This document shows, in pieces, positions 58,001-59,982 of a stretch of DNA of 59,982 bases. Position 1 is the stretch's first letter, and each line of letters begins with the position of its first letter. The notes below the pieces were generated by a model that saw only the letters and a program-made list of their open reading frames with translations, made no database searches and was not told where the DNA came from. Source of the stretch: Tepidisphaeraceae bacterium (GTDB taxonomy: Bacteria; Planctomycetota; Phycisphaerae; Tepidisphaerales; Tepidisphaeraceae); NCBI GenBank assembly GCA_036558265.1, contig DATBFY010000088.1, forward strand, positions 1 through 59,982. The letters run 5' to 3'. A program made the translations under genes and the position numbers.

Positions 58001-59982
58001 CACGTAAAGACCCGTGTTCGACGCGTCGTGCACCTTGTTGTCCCGTACCGACGTGTTGTTGCCCGTGTCGTCCAGGTAGATCCCGTAATCGTCCGCCCCG
58101 CTATTGTGATAGGCCTCGTTGCGGAGGACCGTGGGCGATTGGCCATGGATGTAGATGCCGTAATTCTGGTCGTGGTTTGCGTCGGGCGTGTAACCGTAGA
58201 AGACGTTGTCCGTCGCGACCGTATTGGTCGACGCCGCGTCCGGCACGTAAAGGCCCACGTGCGCGTTCTCGAACACACGGCTGTTCTTGAGCGTGAAGTT
58301 CGCCGACGCGCCCGCGACGTAAACGCCGTAATACGCCCCGGTGATCGACAGGTTCGAGAACGTGACCCCCGGCGCATCGACGACGTTGAACGCATAACTC
58401 CCCGTGGACGGATTCCCCCGATCCAGCAGCGCAACCGCCCCGTTCGCCGTCGGTCCCTGGATCGTCACCCCCGCGTCCTGCGCCCCGATAACGACGTTCG
58501 CCGAAAGCGTGTAGCTGCCCGTATCGGCGTAAATCACGTCGCCCGGCTCCAAATCATACGCCGCCAGCACCGCCGCGACCGACGCCATCGGCGAATCCGG
58601 CGACGTGCCCGCATTCGCATTGTTCCCCACGGCCGTTGTGTACTGGTCGCCCGCCGTCGAACCGTCGTTCACGTAATATGCGGCACCGCTCGCGCCCAGC
58701 GTGAACGGCGCATCCGACACGTCCCGCACCGACGGATTGAGCGAATCCGACACGCGCACCAGCACCTGGTTCGCCGTCGCCGACGGCGACAACCCCAGCG
58801 CCTGAAGCGACGCCAGCGTCGGATTCCACCCGTAATTCCCGTCGTTCGGCACCGCCGACGCAAACGTCTTCCACGTCTGCCCGCCGTCGAGGCTCACCGC
58901 CAGATCCACGAAATCGCCGATGTTGATCGATGACCACGTGACTCGAATGCTCCCGGCGAAGCGGAATTTCTCCCCGCCGTTGGGCGAAAGGACCTGCAGC
59001 GTGCTCGCCTGCGATCGCGACGCCTGCGCCGTGTCGCCCTCAAACCCGAGGTTGATCCGCCCGCCGCTCGGACTCGTCTCCCCGGAGAAGTCCGACGCCG
59101 GATCACCCGCATCCAGCCCTGGCGAATCGACCGAATCCGACGCGAACGATCCGCCGTGATAGCTCCCCGCTGTGGACGACAGGTGTAAATCATCGTCCGT
59201 CCCAATCGCGGTCGGCGTCGCCTGATACCGCAGCACCTGGTGCGACGACGCCACGCCCGGCGCGGTCCCCTCCCGCGCCCGGATCAGCCGCTTGTCCGAA
59301 TTATCCGGCGTCGCCCACGAGAGCTGCGCCTGCGCGTTCCCGCCGCCGGAGGGATCCATCACCTCGTACGCGATCGACACCCACCCCGCCGCAGCCGCCG
59401 TGTACGTCGCGCTCTTCTCCTGGTTCGACGGCGTATTGAAATCGTCGATGATCGTGCTGCCGCCAACCTTCAGCCGCTGCGGCCCCAGTGAGCTGATCCA
59501 GAACGTATACGTCCCCGCCACCGGCAGGAAGATCTCGCCGCTCCACCGGAACGACTGGTTGTCGTCCGGCAATCCGCGGAAACCGTTGAACGCCCCGAAC
59601 CCGACCACCCGATCAAACGCCGTCACGAACGCATTTCCGTCCGACTCCGGCGTGAACGTGCGATTGCGGAAGCCCTCGAATTTCAGCCCGCTGAAATCCT
59701 GATATCCACGCACGTTGTCCGCCCCGGCCGGATCCACGAACCGCGGATCGCCCGACAGCGAGTGTGCCTCGAAGCCCAACTCGAATCGCACATCCGCCAC
59801 GCTCGTAAACGGGTTCTGCCAGAAGTACGGCGCCGCCCCGCCCGTCGTATCGATCAAGTTGTAATCCGAGTTGAACCCCTGCTGCGCCGTGTTGACCACG
59901 TTTACCGCGTAGTGCCCCGCCCCGACCGCCCAGAGCACGTTGTTCCGCAGCGTGACGTTTCGCGACCCCTGCGTGACCTGGA
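52025..59982 (-). CDS. giant surface protein (N-terminus outside window): repeated PA14 + Asp-box Ig-like + right-handed beta-helix super-modules, LamG insertion, Ig-like domains, dockerin-like
   Basis: The frame stays open to the window end; the track 'M' at 59938 is an internal GTG ('...SRNVTLRNNVLWAVGAG'). PA14-like 'SFRWSG..LPVAGTYTFWISSLGPQRLKV' occurs twice (~59302-59690 and ~56782-57170). Asp-box 'SLDGGQTW'/'SADGGQTW'. PbH1-type repeats ('NTGLYV','GTGFFI','NTGILL','LTGIYS'...). LamG ~55290-55870 ('FTYEGWINPNS..WQHIAVTL..GSMDEVATFNRVL'). Ig-like 'TPPTLVSVSPLPG', 'DLTAPTVASVTPSG'. Dockerin-like ~52530-52695 ('GDANHDAAVDFNDL', 'GDFNYDGNVDFNDL'). Confidence 0.9.
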   Translation of the reverse strand, partial: QVTQGSRNVTLRNNVLWAVGAGHYAVNVVNTAQQGFNSDYNLIDTTGGAAPYFWQNPFTSVADVRFELGFEAHSLSGDPRFVDPAGADNVRGYQDFSGLKFEGFRNRTFTPESDGNAFVTAFDRVVGFGAFNGFRGLPDDNQSFRWSGEIFLPVAGTYTFWISSLGPQRLKVGGSTIIDDFNTPSNQEKSATYTAAAAGWVSIAYEVMDPSGGGNAQAQLSWATPDNSDKRLIRAREGTAPGVASSHQVLRYQATPTAIGTDDDLHLSSTAGSYHGGSFASDSVDSPGLDAGDPASDFSGETSPSGGRINLGFEGDTAQASRSQASTLQVLSPNGGEKFRFAGSIRVTWSSINIGDFVDLAVSLDGGQTWKTFASAVPNDGNYGWNPTLASLQALGLSPSATANQVLVRVSDSLNPSVRDVSDAPFTLGASGAAYYVNDGSTAGDQYTTAVGNNANAGTSPDSPMASVAAVLAAYDLEPGDVIYADTGSYTLSANVVIGAQDAGVTIQGPTANGAVALLDRGNPSTGSYAFNVVDAPGVTFSNLSITGAYYGVYVAGASANFTLKNSRVFENAHVGLYVPDAASTNTVATDNVFYGYTPDANHDQNYGIYIHGQSPTVLRNEAYHNSGADDYGIYLDDTGNNTSVRDNKVHDASNTGLYVTAGAFEVSGNLVWDSGTGFFIYDNSASDPSRAYDNAAWGDSTGFDINWSGNTAEVYNSIAHDNGTGFSIRNGYAGVVHDVKAYNNDVGISVGSGTLKGSEAYNNNTGILLVSGSSLVTGNRSHNNALTGIYSNVNNSVTISNNLVYADGLRGIWLDNVNTTGGGHTLVNNTVHEPSADAIQISQGSRNVSLKNNILWAGGAGRYDVNVANTAQQGFSSDYNLLNATGGAVPYFWQNPFAMLADVRFELGFEAHSLADDPRFVSSVGPQNVGLGAATVGLKFEGFRNRTFTPESDGNAFVTQTDRVVAFAPFNGFRGLPDDNQSFRWSGQVYLPVAGTYTFWISSLGPQRLKVAGSAIIDDFNSPSNQEKSATYTAAAPGWVDFAYEVMDPSGGGNAQAFLSWATPDNPSRRLLRAEESATPGNAVGSTRQVLRPSSTAAPTPPVADYHLSSRAGSYHNGAFTADAIDSSAIDAGDPTSAFANETAANGGRVNLGFEGNTAEASRSQANLLQLLTFNGGEKVRKNAASLIRWRSVGNVGAVDIDFSADGGQTWTTVATNEANDGSYIWNPGVSTSQGRIRIRSHGDATIVDISDDNFVVGAAGNAYYVNDGSTIGDQYTTAAGSNANSGTTPADPMASLAALLAAYDLNPGDVVYVDTGIYNASSNVRITAQDSGVTIQGPTGASPLTAHYGDVLIADGPSHYYRFDQTSGTNANDLSGANRTATYVGGVTLNRPGALPGNPDTAIALDGTTGHVQLPNDFDDLSGGFTYEGWINPNSHNAWERLFDLGNGQASDNIILSRYNNTDDLWFEVYSGSIGGGIRITGALMPNVWQHIAVTLTGSGAAAVYRNGKLIATGQLNAPRVTSRTKNYLGRSNWASDQFFSGSMDEVATFNRVLDASTIRKHYLLTAPDAAVIDRGNVNAGQYALEIAGANNVTIRNLTATGAYVGFWMADADNLTLSGNSALENALWGIYVDDATDKALISGNTAYGTAYSEDVNQDTGLYLRADHMTVENNTAYHVGGQVTNGIVIDSADQIVVRNNLTYNNVNGVTVTTGQADVYGNEARGNDRGIYVADSDETLRSTVHDNTAHDNTGNGFYFENNVDAYANAAFLNPTGFYAHTSADNTVLHDNRAYRNTTGILSRSGQVTHNRAYGNTGSGILIDSEPVSVTANYAYGNKVGIEVTAKNTQGTLLANNTVYQNAAQGIYIHDTTGGTAGVRIINNTLYQLAGSALKLENDGDNFVIANNLIVVRSGLGIELIGADNGWVSNYNDIFPVLAGANVGKYKTAATSATLADWKTASGKDANSLSTDPLFIDVDGADNLLGWAQPDQNSAFADFGGDDNFGLRASSPVIDSADGDRGQPQDADNRDRVDDLGTLNTGAGTFKFYDIGAHEFLGSSADSTPPTLVSVSPLPGVDGQLSSAHISAITLTFSEALESVSATSAAFYSVVSPGTDGLFDTIDDVVTPFTSIVYLPDQLQVRLNLASELPEGQYRFRITGTPTSAIVDRAGNALDADGDGSAGGTYSRTFRLDLTAPTVASVTPSGSTGTGPTSFTVTFTENIGLNAGIVQSLANYRLVSSANGVFGDADDVDQSSRITSVVYNPATKTATIALGGALPAGNWRLSILPGILDQAGNALGNGAAFQSTLTVDATPPAVLASSYTYLTRPHVLTFQFSENVSASLSAADLVVVNLTTGQTIPSSAFTLVYNGVSNTATFTYTGTAGLAPGVLPDGRYTATLLASGVTDGSGNLLDGNGDGSAGGDAKLSFFFMAGDANHDAAVDFNDLVKLAQNYNTTGGKQLALGDFNYDGNVDFNDLVALAQRYNTSLPPAGSPAAPLASPSPVPSIESVLAAVSAQSTPAPTAAPKPTPKPTPKPAPASSAARAKAAVAPRPVVQPAPTRTPKKAFSTRAIGNAPADTGLGQALPGKVSVRFASGPGSDPVAPAPIFGARPMPPRSLTRDYLETPYSVLSPVSRSKVFSLKGAPAGPKRR
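56640..57462 (-). repeat. intragenic repeat, copy 2 (PA14-encoding segment)
   Basis: See copy 1. Similarity continues at lower identity and with small indels below ~56.6/59.1 kb. Confidence 0.85.
59160..59982 (-). repeat. intragenic repeat, copy 1 (PA14-encoding segment)
   Basis: Aligns base-for-base in register with 56640-57462 at an offset of exactly 2520 bp. For example, the identical 31-mer TGTACGTCGCGCTCTTCTCCTGGTTCGACGG occurs at 59401 and 56881. Confidence 0.85.

Overview
GC-rich bacterial chromosomal window. Codon third positions are strongly G/C, so long spurious antisense ORFs are common in the track. The protein styles suggest Planctomycetota, possibly Phycisphaerae-like; this is inference only, with no search run. 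These styles are giant surface proteins with an N-terminal 'LEPRLLLAA' motif and C-terminal dockerin-like modules, many prepilin-type N-termini, and CxxCGYDLR..RCPECG zinc-ribbon membrane proteins. I call 43 protein-coding loci (one apparently frameshifted, two running off the window edges) plus one low-confidence 38-codon small ORF. I saw no rRNA, tRNA, CRISPR, transposase or integrase.

Layout:
- 1-5.4 kb: secreted/TPR proteins, a histidine phosphatase, two tandem HD-GYP-like paralogs and a small membrane protein.
- 5.7-10.1 kb (minus strand): a tightly packed GT2 / 505-aa unknown / TIM-barrel / DUF2064 / receiver operon.
- 10.4-24.6 kb: housekeeping and miscellaneous genes (TPR lipoprotein, RluA-family synthase, argF, argB, CRTAC1-like protein + TPR protein, cytosine-deaminase-like, S10 peptidase, stand-alone LigD polymerase domain, FHA protein + two zinc-ribbon membrane paralogs, hemW).
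- 24.8-39.3 kb: a type IV filament locus, pilM-N-O-(P-like)-B-T-C followed by two paralogous three-gene pseudopilin cassettes. It forms three units, each ended by a clear intrinsic terminator.
- 39.3-45.2 kb: a VWA protein and bamA-skp-lpxD.
- 45.3-60 kb: two convergent giant surface-protein genes, one LTD/LamG/CotH/dockerin and one PA14/beta-helix/LamG/Ig/dockerin.

The most unusual material:
- The filament locus has no secretin, prepilin peptidase or major pilin in the window. It carries duplicated tip-pseudopilin triads, one with tandem Ca-binding loops.
- The triads appear to be expressed from paralogous promoters as leaderless mRNAs.
- The FHA + zinc-ribbon module.
- The GT2/unknown/DUF2064/REC operon.
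- The repeat architecture and shared C-terminal module of the two giant genes.

All functional calls rest on motifs read by eye. No database or HMM search was possible.
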